DNA of 63,776 nt, counting the filler, from Malassezia furfur (Eukaryota), in NCBI GenBank assembly GCA_052055015.1. It is 2 parts of 2 records of this genome, joined end to end, with 100 filler letters (N's around TTAATTAATTAA, not from the genome) between each part and the next. Parts side by side here need not be neighbours in the genome. Positions count along the whole stretch, not along the records: positions 1 to 31,855 come from JBQJIT010000090.1; 1 more part is not named here. One strand, given 5' to 3'. The position numbers and the translations under genes are program-made. Below are positions 1-9,490 of the stretch, piece by piece; the stretch's first letter is position 1; each line of letters begins with the position of its first letter. The notes beneath the pieces are model-generated. The model searched no databases. It had not been told where the DNA came from and was given only the letters and a program-made list of their open reading frames with translations.

Positions 1-241
1 CGGCCCCCCACTCGCCCACCGCCTCGGCGGGCGAGCTGACGGTGAGCGGCGCCTCGGCCGTGAACACGTCGTGCAGATCGCCCACATCCGCGCGTCTGCG
101 GACAGGTGCCGTGCTGCGCCGTAGTTGCGACGCGCGGCGCTGGAACCAGCCGCCCTGCGCGGCGTCCCCCGCACGCGACGGGGTCCGCAGCACCGAAGGC
201 GTACGGCGGCCGGCCCATGTATTCTGTGAGTCGGTGACCAT
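1..241 (-). CDS. 5' part of an unidentified protein running off the window
   Basis: ATG at 241 opens a stop-free frame to the window edge (MVTDSQNTWAGRRTPSVL...DLHDVFTAEAPLTVSSPAEAVGEWGP) with GC3-rich codons. No family recognised. Confidence 0.45.
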   Translation of the reverse strand, partial: MVTDSQNTWAGRRTPSVLRTPSRAGDAAQGGWFQRRASQLRRSTAPVRRRADVGDLHDVFTAEAPLTVSSPAEAVGEWGA

Positions 242-513
242 GTGTGGGCGTCCCTTCTCCGGCCCACACAAGCTGGTCTGCGCGTCGGGTAAAAAAAAGG
301 GAGGGTCAGGCGCGCCTACGATGCCGGCCGACTCCGTGCGACGGCGATCGTGCTCTATCGCCCCTCTTTTGGGCGCCTACGCGGCGGTTTTGTCAGCATT
401 CGGTGCCAGGGATGGGAGGGCCACGTGCCCATCCTCGTGCAGGGCCGTGCGCACGGGGCGCTGGGTGCGGGGGCGCTGGGCGTACGGCGCTACCTACACA
501 ACGCTAGCTGGCT

Positions 514-3500
514 CTAGTAGCCGGTCGTCGACTCGCGCAACTGTGCGAGCTTCTTGTTGATCTCGTTGGGCGTGCGGTCGAGCGACTCGGCGATGCTCTC
601 CTGCTTGGCATGCGGCAGCTGGCCGTACAGCTCGACCAGGTCGCCGTCGACGACCGCCTTGACGGGGATGTACGCGCCGCGGTAGCTCAGGTGGTCGCGG
701 CCGACCAAGCTGTCGTACTCCTGGCGCATGTGCAGCTCGAGCTGCGTCATCACCTCGGCGTCCTCCTTGCTGATGAACGGGATGAGCGCGCCCACGGTGC
801 CGTTCAGGCCCGTGTACACCACCACGGGCCGCCCGCCCGGCACGAGGCTCGCGAGGCGCAGCGACGTCACCAAATCGCCCACGTGGAAGTGCGCGAGCAT
901 CTCGAGGCGGTGTGCGGCGCCCATGAGGAACGGGCGCTCGGCCTGCAGCATGAGGCCCGTCGGGTCCTCGTCCGCGTCGCGCGACACGCCCGTGTCGACG
1001 CGCAGCACCGCGACGTTGCCAAACTTGTCGGCGTGCATCACCGTGTCATAGTCGAGCATCAGCACGCATGTCGTGTAGCGCGGCAGCGTGTCGTCGGCAA
1101 ACACGGTGAAGCCGTTGGTGGCCTGCTTGTATACCATGTAGTGCACCGACTCTTGCAAATCGCCCACTACCACCCGCGCGCCCTGCACGTTGAGCGAGAC
1201 GACGGTCGTGGGGAACGGCTTGGTCTGGCTCTTGCGCAGGAGCTTCTTGGTGCCCATCTCGTACATGCGCACGTACGGCCCCGCGGCCACGAGCAGGCGG
1301 CCGTGGAAGGCGTGCATCGCGACCGGAATCGCGTCCGTCTCGGTCTTGTGCAGCAGTTCGAGCACGCGGTCGTCGTGCGTCAGGCGGTAGGTGCGCAGGT
1401 AGCCGCACCGCGCGCGCCGCGGGCTCACCTGGACGTCGACGCCCGAGCCGACCACGAGGAACGTCTCGCTGCCCGTCGTGCCAAACGTGGTGAACGCCAG
1501 GCTGAACACCGCCTCGTTCTCCTCCATCTCGATCCGGCACGTGGTCTCCATGCTCGGGCCGTGCACCACGCGCAGGCAGCTCGCCCACTGCCCCGCCTCC
1601 GCGTCGATGAGCCCAAACGTGCGCACGTCGAGGTCGAGCACGCCGCGGTCGCCGAGCGCGGACGCGCCGCCGAGCGCCGCGGTGCGCTGCGCCACCGCCC
1701 ACGGCGACAGCGCGCGGTGGTCGGCCTCGGCGAGGTAGAACAGGCCCGGGTTCGTGGGGTGCACGAGCATCTTGCGCGGCGTGTACGACAGCGGCAACGT
1801 CTCCATCTTGAGCTCCGCGCCGAGGTGCGGCAGCGTAAAGATGCGCAGCGTGTCGCCCACGATCCCGATCAGGCCGTCGGGGCACAGCTCCGTGTGGAAG
1901 TGGCTCACGTCCTCAAACGGCTCGTAGATGAGCGGCGTAAAGTGCAGGCGCGCATGCAGCGTGTAGCTCAGCCAACTGCGGCTGCTCAGCGCCAGCACCG
2001 CCGGCTGGCCGTGCACCGGCGCACGCACCAGGCGCACCGCGCGGCTGCCCAGGAAGCGGGGGCGCGTGTCGGTCAGCTGCCCGCTCACCGGGTCGAGCAC
2101 GGTGCGCAGGTGCACGCCGTTCACCAGCCCGATGCTCACAAACATCGTGAGGTGGTTGCGGTCGATGCTCACGTCGAGCATCTCGTTCACGCAGATGCTC
2201 GACGGTGCGGCCGTCAGCGCCTGCACCGAGATCGACGCGAGCGTCGTGTCGGGGTCGAGCGACACGATGCGCACCGTCTGGTCGGCGCACCCGACGGCGA
2301 GGTAGGGCGTGCGTTGCCGCCCCTCGGGCACCGCCGCGACGCTCAGCGCGACAATCTCCGTGCCGAGGTCGCGGCGCTCCTGGTACTCGTTCAGCTGGCC
2401 GTCCATGTCGAGCTCAAAGTAGACGATCTCGTGCGTGTCGAGCGCAATCACCACCTGCCGCTCGTTGGTGGTGCACGCGACGATGCGCGTGCGCTCGCCC
2501 GAGTCGTGCGCGGGCGTCGCCCACTCATTCACCTGTTTGTTGGCGAGGATGTGCCGGATGCCGTGCGGGTGCACCTGCAATATCGCATCCGCGCCCAGCT
2601 GCTGCACGGCGAGCGTCGGCGCGCTCGTCAAGAAGCCCGAATCGACCACCTCTTCGATGGTCTCGCCGATGCTCAGCACGAGCGTGCCGTTGACGAACGA
2701 CAGCACAATGTAGCTGTCGTACTCGTCTGTCTTGCGCAGCTTGGTCGACCACACCGCGTTCGGCACACCGGGCAGATCGCTGCTCACCACCTCGCTCACC
2801 TCGAGACCGTGGCGGAGCTGCCGGAAGGTGCTCTGCACCCCGCGCCCACACGCCGTGTAGATCTGCGGCGAGTCGGACGCGAGCGGGTTCGAGACGACCG
2901 CGTCGAGGATCGGGTCGAGGGCCGCGTGCTCGTCGACGAGCGCAATGTTGTCCACGGCCTCGGGCGTAAACGTGGGGATCGCCGGCGGCGCTGCCACGCT
3001 GGCCCCGCGCTCGTCGTAGTCCGTCGAGCTGTACACGGGGATCGCATCGTCGTCGCCGAGCTTCTGGAAGGAGTAGAGCCGCTGCGCGCCGCTCTCCGCT
3101 GCAACGTACAAGAAGCCCGCACGCAGGATGCACAGACTCGCCGCAACAGGCACCGTGTCAAAGTACTTGATGCGCAGCGCCTGCACCTCTTCCTCGTCGT
3201 GGTCGAGCGTCACCTTGAACAGGTCGCCGTCCTCGTTCTGCACCAGGAAGAAGAAGGCATGCTTCATCTTGTGCAGCACGCTCGCGACCACCATCGAGCC
3301 GCGGTCAGGGCGCACCAGCGGGTTCCGCCGCCGCGGGATCGGCACGCGGTGCACCGGCTGCCCCTGGTGCATGTAGGTGATGTAGTTCTCGGAGCAGACC
3401 AGCACGCCGCTCGGGCCGTCCCACCGCTCGGTGGTCGGGTTGTAGCCGCCAGGCACCTGGATCAAGTGATGCGCGCGCTCGTCCACGGGCGCCGACCAGC

Positions 3501-4167
3501 GGCGCACAATGTGGTTCAGCCCGAGGTCGAGCTCGTAGTAGGTGAGCATCTTGAGCGTGTTGGCCGCCGCCTCGCCCGTCGGGTCCTGGTCCGCCTCGCC
3601 AAAGTCGAACTCGAGCGAGGCAAACAGCGGGTTCTCGAAGCCGACATCCACGCCGACGATGCTCTCCACGACGGTCGTCGCCTTGTTCGCCTCGAGCGGG
3701 CTCGAGATCGTCAGGTTGGCGTCCGCGTCGCGGTTCAGCACGTAGAGCAGCTTTTGTTTTTCCACGGCGCTGATCAGCACCGCGCGGCCCTTGGGGTCTG
3801 ATGCGAGGTACTGGCCAGGGACGACGCGCCGGTTGCCCGAACGCCCAAACGTCTCCTGGTGCACCTTGTCAAAGCGCAGCTCCTTGGCATTGTACTCGAG
3901 GATGACGATGCGCCCCGAATCACTGCCAAGCACCACGTAGTTTTTCGTGCCGCCGGGAAGCCGGAAGCTGAGCATGCTCCGGATATTGCCAAACGCATTC
4001 TGCGAAAAGAGCCGCGTCGCCTTCCCGACCTGCGTGTCCACCTGGAAAAATTCGAGCCGGCTCCCGCGTGCCACGACAATCTCCTGCTGCCGTGTGCCCG
4101 AGAACTGGCCGACCACGGCGGCCGTCACGCTGGACGATGGCTCGAGCGTGAGGTTGTACAGATGCAT
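514..4167 (-). CDS. RSE1: Splicing factor 3B subunit 3 (SF3b130/Rse1)
   Basis: Starts MHLYNLTL at 4167. Contains GQFSG..QQEI, VHQETFGRSG.RR.VPGQYLA.DPKGRA, RHGLEVSE, ADKFGN and GRDHLSYR. 1217 aa, intronless. Confidence 0.97.
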   Translation of the reverse strand: MHLYNLTLEPSSSVTAAVVGQFSGTRQQEIVVARGSRLEFFQVDTQVGKATRLFSQNAFGNIRSMLSFRLPGGTKNYVVLGSDSGRIVILEYNAKELRFDKVHQETFGRSGNRRVVPGQYLASDPKGRAVLISAVEKQKLLYVLNRDADANLTISSPLEANKATTVVESIVGVDVGFENPLFASLEFDFGEADQDPTGEAAANTLKMLTYYELDLGLNHIVRRWSAPVDERAHHLIQVPGGYNPTTERWDGPSGVLVCSENYITYMHQGQPVHRVPIPRRRNPLVRPDRGSMVVASVLHKMKHAFFFLVQNEDGDLFKVTLDHDEEEVQALRIKYFDTVPVAASLCILRAGFLYVAAESGAQRLYSFQKLGDDDAIPVYSSTDYDERGASVAAPPAIPTFTPEAVDNIALVDEHAALDPILDAVVSNPLASDSPQIYTACGRGVQSTFRQLRHGLEVSEVVSSDLPGVPNAVWSTKLRKTDEYDSYIVLSFVNGTLVLSIGETIEEVVDSGFLTSAPTLAVQQLGADAILQVHPHGIRHILANKQVNEWATPAHDSGERTRIVACTTNERQVVIALDTHEIVYFELDMDGQLNEYQERRDLGTEIVALSVAAVPEGRQRTPYLAVGCADQTVRIVSLDPDTTLASISVQALTAAPSSICVNEMLDVSIDRNHLTMFVSIGLVNGVHLRTVLDPVSGQLTDTRPRFLGSRAVRLVRAPVHGQPAVLALSSRSWLSYTLHARLHFTPLIYEPFEDVSHFHTELCPDGLIGIVGDTLRIFTLPHLGAELKMETLPLSYTPRKMLVHPTNPGLFYLAEADHRALSPWAVAQRTAALGGASALGDRGVLDLDVRTFGLIDAEAGQWASCLRVVHGPSMETTCRIEMEENEAVFSLAFTTFGTTGSETFLVVGSGVDVQVSPRRARCGYLRTYRLTHDDRVLELLHKTETDAIPVAMHAFHGRLLVAAGPYVRMYEMGTKKLLRKSQTKPFPTTVVSLNVQGARVVVGDLQESVHYMVYKQATNGFTVFADDTLPRYTTCVLMLDYDTVMHADKFGNVAVLRVDTGVSRDADEDPTGLMLQAERPFLMGAAHRLEMLAHFHVGDLVTSLRLASLVPGGRPVVVYTGLNGTVGALIPFISKEDAEVMTQLELHMRQEYDSLVGRDHLSYRGAYIPVKAVVDGDLVELYGQLPHAKQESIAESLDRTPNEINKKLAQLRESTTGY

Positions 4168-4244
4168 CGCCCTCTTCCGCCGCGCGCACCACGCTTCGTC
4201 GTCGCAAAATGGCTCCACGCACCGCTGAGTCAGCCTACGCGCCC

Positions 4245-5938
4245 ATGCCGCTCGCGTCGGGGGCTGCGTCCGGGGCCGCCCCGGCGCGCGCGCTGTTCGC
4301 CCCGCAGTTTGTGGGCTCCGAAACACCCGCGGAGCGCGACACGCCGCTCGCCCATGTGCCGTGGCTGCGCATGGTGCAGGCGCCGGCGCCGTACGCGCGC
4401 GCCGACTGGCTCGCGACGATGCACGAGTGGATTCGGTACCCTGAGCGGAACAGCTCGAGCATCCGCCGGTGCGAGGTGTGGGCAGAAGAGGCGCACGAGG
4501 GAGAGGAGGGGCTGCAGTACCGCTGCGTACGTAGACTCCTCCCTAGGCGCACCCAAATCGACCGCGGCATGCTGCAGGAGTGCGCCGTCTACACCCACGC
4601 GACTCACGCTGTCGTGGTGTATACGACGCTGCGCGCGTCTGACCAGGCGTCGGAGCCGATCAACCCCACCTTCCTCACACACCGATCACCCGAAGACCTC
4701 CCGCAGCGCCCAGACGACGTGCCGTACTATCATCCGGCCGTGCGCGGCGTCGCGTTCCACTTCTTCGCGCACCCGCACGAGGGCCACCAGGTGTGCGTGG
4801 ATTTTGCCCCGTTCTCGCTCGCCGAGCAGCGTACAGCGCTCGGCGAAAATGGGCGCCTAGGACGCACGGCGCTCTCATTACTGCGCCTCTTGCACCAGCA
4901 CAGCTACGGGCATGCCACCGACTACACCAAACGCGTCGTGCACGACGTGCTCGTTCCGCGCGACGAATACCAGGACTTGTACATTGCGCTGCGCACGCAG
5001 TATGCGAGCACACTCCTTCAATCGTGGCGCGAAGTGACCGATCCCAAGAAACACGTGTTCGAGGACCTTGGCATCGCTGCCTACCTCATGCTGCTATGGC
5101 GAGACATGTTCCCTGCACCCGCCCCGAACGACGATCCCCGCCGCGGACGGCGGTGGGGGCACCCTCCGGGCGGATTCGTGGACATAGGCTGCGGGAACGG
5201 CCTGCTTGTGCACATCTTGCACCTCGAGGTACGTCGACCGACTCACCCCAGGGCTATTCGGGCTACGGCATGGACGCACGCGCGCGCAAGTCGTGGGCAC
5301 TTTACACCGAGCAGGGTACCAAGCTCACAGCGTCGCTCCTCGATGCACCCGCCATCCTCCGTGGCGACGCACACCTGCCTACGGGCGCGTTTTTGATCGG
5401 CAACCATGCCGACGAACTCACGCCGTGGATCCCGCTGCTGGCGACCAGCACACGGGACTGCGCCGGGTTCCTGAATATACCCTGTTGCGCATGGACCCTG
5501 GAAGGCGCCCGCTTTACGCCCACGCAGGCCCGGCTGGACGAGGACGAGCTTGCTCAGCTGGTTCTGGGCAGCCCCTGGCAGGGAGAAGCGCGCATGCCGA
5601 CGCCGCCGCACCGCACGCCATCCGACGTCGCACCGCTCCTGTCCGCTACGCTCTGGTTTGCCCAGCGCTTGACTAAGTCGCCGGACGAAAATGCGCACTC
5701 CAAGCACCTCGCTTACTACGCCTACGTTACGCGCCTGCACATGCAGGCAGGGTGGTGCTTGGAGTCCGAAGCCCTTCGTATCCCAAGCACCAAGAACTGG
5801 GCCTTGGTGGGACGCCGGCGTGTGGATGCAACCGGTATACCGGGTGCCGAGTCGCGTGCACAGCAGTGGTCGGCCCTTGCTTCGCATGCAGCCACCCTGA
5901 CCGGTGCCATGGTTGCTCATGCAGGCGCACACGATTAG
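4245..5938 (+). CDS. TRM44: tRNA (uracil-O2')-methyltransferase Trm44
   Basis: Motifs YYHPAV, KRVVHD, W.E.TDP.KHVFEDLGIAAYL, FVDIGCGNGLLV, GNHADELTPW, PCC and LRIPST.N. A 23-nt intron at 5229-5251 (GTACGT...CTCAC.CCCAG) joins HLE|GYSGYGMDARARKSW. The start could instead be the ATG at 4209. Confidence 0.9.
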
Positions 5939-6024
5939 AATCATAGTCTTCGTGCAAAGCACACTGTCTAAAACATGTTCCACTACAAGTACAAAGAAGG
6001 AATGTGGGGTGTCGAGCGTGGTGC

Positions 6025-7275
6025 TCACTGCTTGCGCAGCCACTGCTCCGAGGGCCGCCAGCCCGTCTCCACCGAGTAGTCGTCAAAGAGCGCCGAGCGA
6101 CCAATCTTGCCCTCAAACACCTCGGCGGCATTGTGCGTAGCATCCTCCACAATGGCAAGCCGAGTGCCGATGCGGTCCACCCACTCGTCGCTCCAGTCGG
6201 GGAGGTCGGTAAAGTTGCCGGGGAAGCCCGTGAGCGTCTCGTTGGTACGTGCCAGCATGTTGATGTAGCGCCACCAGCTCAGGTTGCGGTTCCGCCGCCT
6301 CGATCCGCCCTGCAGCAGAGCCATACACTTTTGGTCGCCATTGGGCTTGGTGTCGTCGAGGCCAATGATGTTGACAACGTCGCGCCGCAAGTACCGACCA
6401 AAGTAGTCTTTCGGCATCAGCTTCGAGTCCAGAGTACCGGTATAGTTGTCGAATCCATAGCGCCAGGTGTTGTAACCATCGCACTTGTCAATGCTGGCAA
6501 TCGAAGTGTCCGTCACCGGGCGGTGCTCGGTAAAGTATGGCGAACTGCTCGGGTCGCCCACCACGTAACGAATGTAGATCTTGGGGCTTTGCGGGTCCTT
6601 GCCCGTAGCCGCATAACGGTTCATCAACTGGGCACCTCCGCCGTGGCCAATCATCGTAATGTTCTTCATGCTGGGGAACGCCGTCGTGTTGGAAAAGTGG
6701 TCGACGATCGCATCCAGTGCGTCCATCGAAGCCAGGTTGGTTCCATAGGGATGCGTGGCGATAGCTCCCGACTCCCACGCATTCACATCGTCCCACGCAA
6801 GCGTCATGTCATCGTATTGGCCCTTGTTGAGCTTCTCCGAATACATCTGAGGGGCCACAACAATGCTCTCCTTCATGGCACCGTTGTAGTTTGCCTTGCG
6901 TGCAGAGTTCAGCACATTGTTCATGACCGTCCAGTAGTGGTCCCCATCACGGAGCCGGCCGTGCATCATAACAAACGCGTGCTCGACCTTGGGGTTGTTG
7001 GGCGTCGCAGACCAGTAGACCGGGATCTTATCACCCTTGTCGCCCACAGGAAGCGTGATGAGTTGTGCGCCGTCGGGCACATTTGGCGCGCCATGGGCCT
7101 CACCTTCGTTGCCGTGCACCTGGGACTTGGCGTCCATGAAGGAGCTGATATCAACGTGGGAAAGGTCGCGCCGGTAATGAGGGATCTTAACGACCATGGC
7201 TGCCTCAACATGGAGCACGAGCAAAGAGAGAGTCAGACCCATCAATGCCTTCCAAGTGGCATTGAGGCTCGCCAT
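6025..7275 (-). CDS. Secreted alpha/beta-hydrolase-fold protein, paralog 1 (GHGGG in place of GHSxG)
   Basis: Signal-peptide-like N-terminus, MMHGRLRD, VVAPQ, GHGGGAQLMNRYA, RYVVGDPSS, C.GYN.WRYG, DQ.CMA.LQGG and a C-terminal HNA. Intronless. Confidence 0.8.
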   Translation of the reverse strand: MASLNATWKALMGLTLSLLVLHVEAAMVVKIPHYRRDLSHVDISSFMDAKSQVHGNEGEAHGAPNVPDGAQLITLPVGDKGDKIPVYWSATPNNPKVEHAFVMMHGRLRDGDHYWTVMNNVLNSARKANYNGAMKESIVVAPQMYSEKLNKGQYDDMTLAWDDVNAWESGAIATHPYGTNLASMDALDAIVDHFSNTTAFPSMKNITMIGHGGGAQLMNRYAATGKDPQSPKIYIRYVVGDPSSSPYFTEHRPVTDTSIASIDKCDGYNTWRYGFDNYTGTLDSKLMPKDYFGRYLRRDVVNIIGLDDTKPNGDQKCMALLQGGSRRRNRNLSWWRYINMLARTNETLTGFPGNFTDLPDWSDEWVDRIGTRLAIVEDATHNAAEVFEGKIGRSALFDDYSVETGWRPSEQWLRKQ

Positions 7276-7740
7276 TGTTGTGAAAGAGTGTATGGAATAT
7301 AGGAGAGCGGAGGTCGTAAGGTACGAGCAAAACTTCGATAGGAAGCCCTTTGTGGGAATCCGCGCCTACATCGCCCCACCGAGTGACTGGCATCACTGGG
7401 CAACTGGCATCTGCATCGCTATGTATATGCATCCCTTTTGGAAACCGCATCGAACAAGAGACTCGGAAATACAAGTCTGGCAACCGTATAAGCCCGTTGA
7501 TTGGATGATTCCAATCTGCCTGACTTGCAATGTGCAGCGTGCACATGCTTGGCGTAAAACTCCGTGTTTCTCCACATCAGCTGATCGCTCTCGCAGTTTA
7601 GCACAGGATGCGCCCAGAACAGTTGGGGTCACGACATTTAAGAAGACCATGTTCGCACAGTCGTGTCAGATGCATAGGACTACAAGATTCCTTTTCTATA
7701 GGAAGTTCAGATCGGATGGTTTGTGGGATTGTCATAGTAG

Positions 7741-8988
7741 CTAGTGCGACGAACTATTCTTTTTCGGTCGCCACCCCTCTTCCACCGAGTAATCATTGAA
7801 CAAAGCTGAACGACCAATCTTGCCGCTGAAGACTTTCTCGGCGTTATGCGCTGCTTGCTGCACAATGGCTAGCCGCACACTGAAATTACCCTTGTAGGTG
7901 TCACTCCAGTCAGGTAGGTGCGAGAAATTGCCAGGAAATCCGGTCAAATCCTCCTTTGTCCTCGCGAGCGTGTTGATGTAGCGCCACCAGCTCATATTGC
8001 GGTCCCGCCGCTTGTGTCCACCTTGTAGCAATGCCATGCATTTCTGATCGCCGTTGGATTTGACATCTTTGTGTCCAATAAGATTGACCACATCACGTTG
8101 AACGTAGCGGCCGAAGTAGTCTTTGGCGTCGAGCTTCGAATCCAGGGTGCCCGTGAAATTGTGGAAGCCATACCGCCAGGTATTGTACCCGTGGCATTTG
8201 CTCTTACTGGCGATAGACTTGTCCGTGACGGGCCGATGCTTGGTGAAGTAGGGCGAGCTGCTCGGGTCGCCAACAATGTAACGAACGTGGATAGTCGAGT
8301 TTGCGGGGTCTTTCCCTGTTATCGCGTAGCGATTCATGAGCTGCGCCCCTCCTCCATGGCCAACCATAGTGACGTTCTTCATATTGGGGAATGCCGTCTT
8401 GTTCGAGAAATGGTCGAGAATTGCGTCCAGCGCATCCATCGACGATGCCTTTGTACCTTGAGGGTGCGTGGCAATGGCCCCCGACTCCCAAGCATTCACA
8501 TCATCCCAGGCAAGCGTTTCATTGTCATATTGGCCCTTGTTGAGTTTCTCCGAGTACATTTGAGGGGCAGCAACGATGGTCTCCTTCATTGCACCTTTGT
8601 AGTGCGCCTTCTTGGCCGACTTCAGCACTTTGTGCATGATCGACCAGTAATGGTCCCCGTCACGGAGCCTGCCGTGCATCATAACAAAGGCTTGTTCCAC
8701 TTGAGAATTATTGGGACTGGCAGACCAATACACCGGAATCTTTTCGCCGCCATTTCCGACCGGTAGTGTGATGAGCTGCGCACCTTTTGGCACATTAGGT
8801 TTGCCATGGGCTTCGCCTTCGTTTCCGTGCACCTGCGACTGGGCATCCATGTACGAACTTATATCCATGTGCGACCAGCCACGCTTGTAACGGGGCATTT
8901 TTATCATCATTGAAGCCTCACTGTTGTCCACCATAAAAAAGGCTGCCAAGGCAATGGCCACCCAAATATTATATGGGTGGCAGATCAT
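7741..8988 (-). CDS. Secreted alpha/beta-hydrolase-fold protein, paralog 2
   Basis: Colinear and highly similar to 6025-7275. Has a signal peptide, a YKR dibasic site and the same GHGGGAQ motif. Confidence 0.8.
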   Translation of the reverse strand: MICHPYNIWVAIALAAFFMVDNSEASMMIKMPRYKRGWSHMDISSYMDAQSQVHGNEGEAHGKPNVPKGAQLITLPVGNGGEKIPVYWSASPNNSQVEQAFVMMHGRLRDGDHYWSIMHKVLKSAKKAHYKGAMKETIVAAPQMYSEKLNKGQYDNETLAWDDVNAWESGAIATHPQGTKASSMDALDAILDHFSNKTAFPNMKNVTMVGHGGGAQLMNRYAITGKDPANSTIHVRYIVGDPSSSPYFTKHRPVTDKSIASKSKCHGYNTWRYGFHNFTGTLDSKLDAKDYFGRYVQRDVVNLIGHKDVKSNGDQKCMALLQGGHKRRDRNMSWWRYINTLARTKEDLTGFPGNFSHLPDWSDTYKGNFSVRLAIVQQAAHNAEKVFSGKIGRSALFNDYSVEEGWRPKKNSSSH

Positions 8989-9490
8989 CGTCTTTCAATG
9001 TAGGTCAATGCGGAAGGAAAAATGGGTGCTTAGACAGTAAGTCAAGTAGGGGAAACCCAACGTAGGCAGCCCCTTCGGTTGTAGGTCGTTTTGTAACAGG
9101 CATTCCCCGGTGATATTATAAATGCGTGGGGGGCAGTGTGTCAAGGCATGCCGGTGTACTCTGGTTAGAGTCTCAAGATCTATTAAAAAATCCCCGGTGT
9201 AAACTCCACTTCGTTCAATCGCCAAGATTTATTTCGGTCAACCGTGCACGACAGATGCGCCAAGGTGATCGAAATATGGAGGCCCTGGGAGGATCGTCGC
9301 CAAGGCCGTGACCGAAAAGCCTTGGCAAACGACAACGACATTCTTAGTCCAAAAACATAAAAAGCAATTCATTCTTACACATGGCCCTGATTGTCTATAA
9401 TAGAATGGTGATGCACACTCAGCATTGTGCCGCACCGGAATGATCGTGGATGAGAAGCGAGTATCTGCATCAGTTGATTAAAGATAACGC

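Noticed and set aside
610..3801. 1063-aa + strand ORF and similar long antisense ORFs (32171-34060, 39086-41509, 46952-49141, 49505-51487, 52065-53270)
   Set aside because: These are codon-aligned shadows of conserved genes on the opposite strand, expected with extreme GC3. The translations are R/V/A/H-rich with no motifs.
5229..5251. Apparent frameshifts in TRM44, TMA16, MDR, URA7, EMC3 and others as pseudogenes or programmed frameshifts
   Set aside because: Each is resolved by a consensus micro-intron; only the acyltransferase junction at ~24050 is not.
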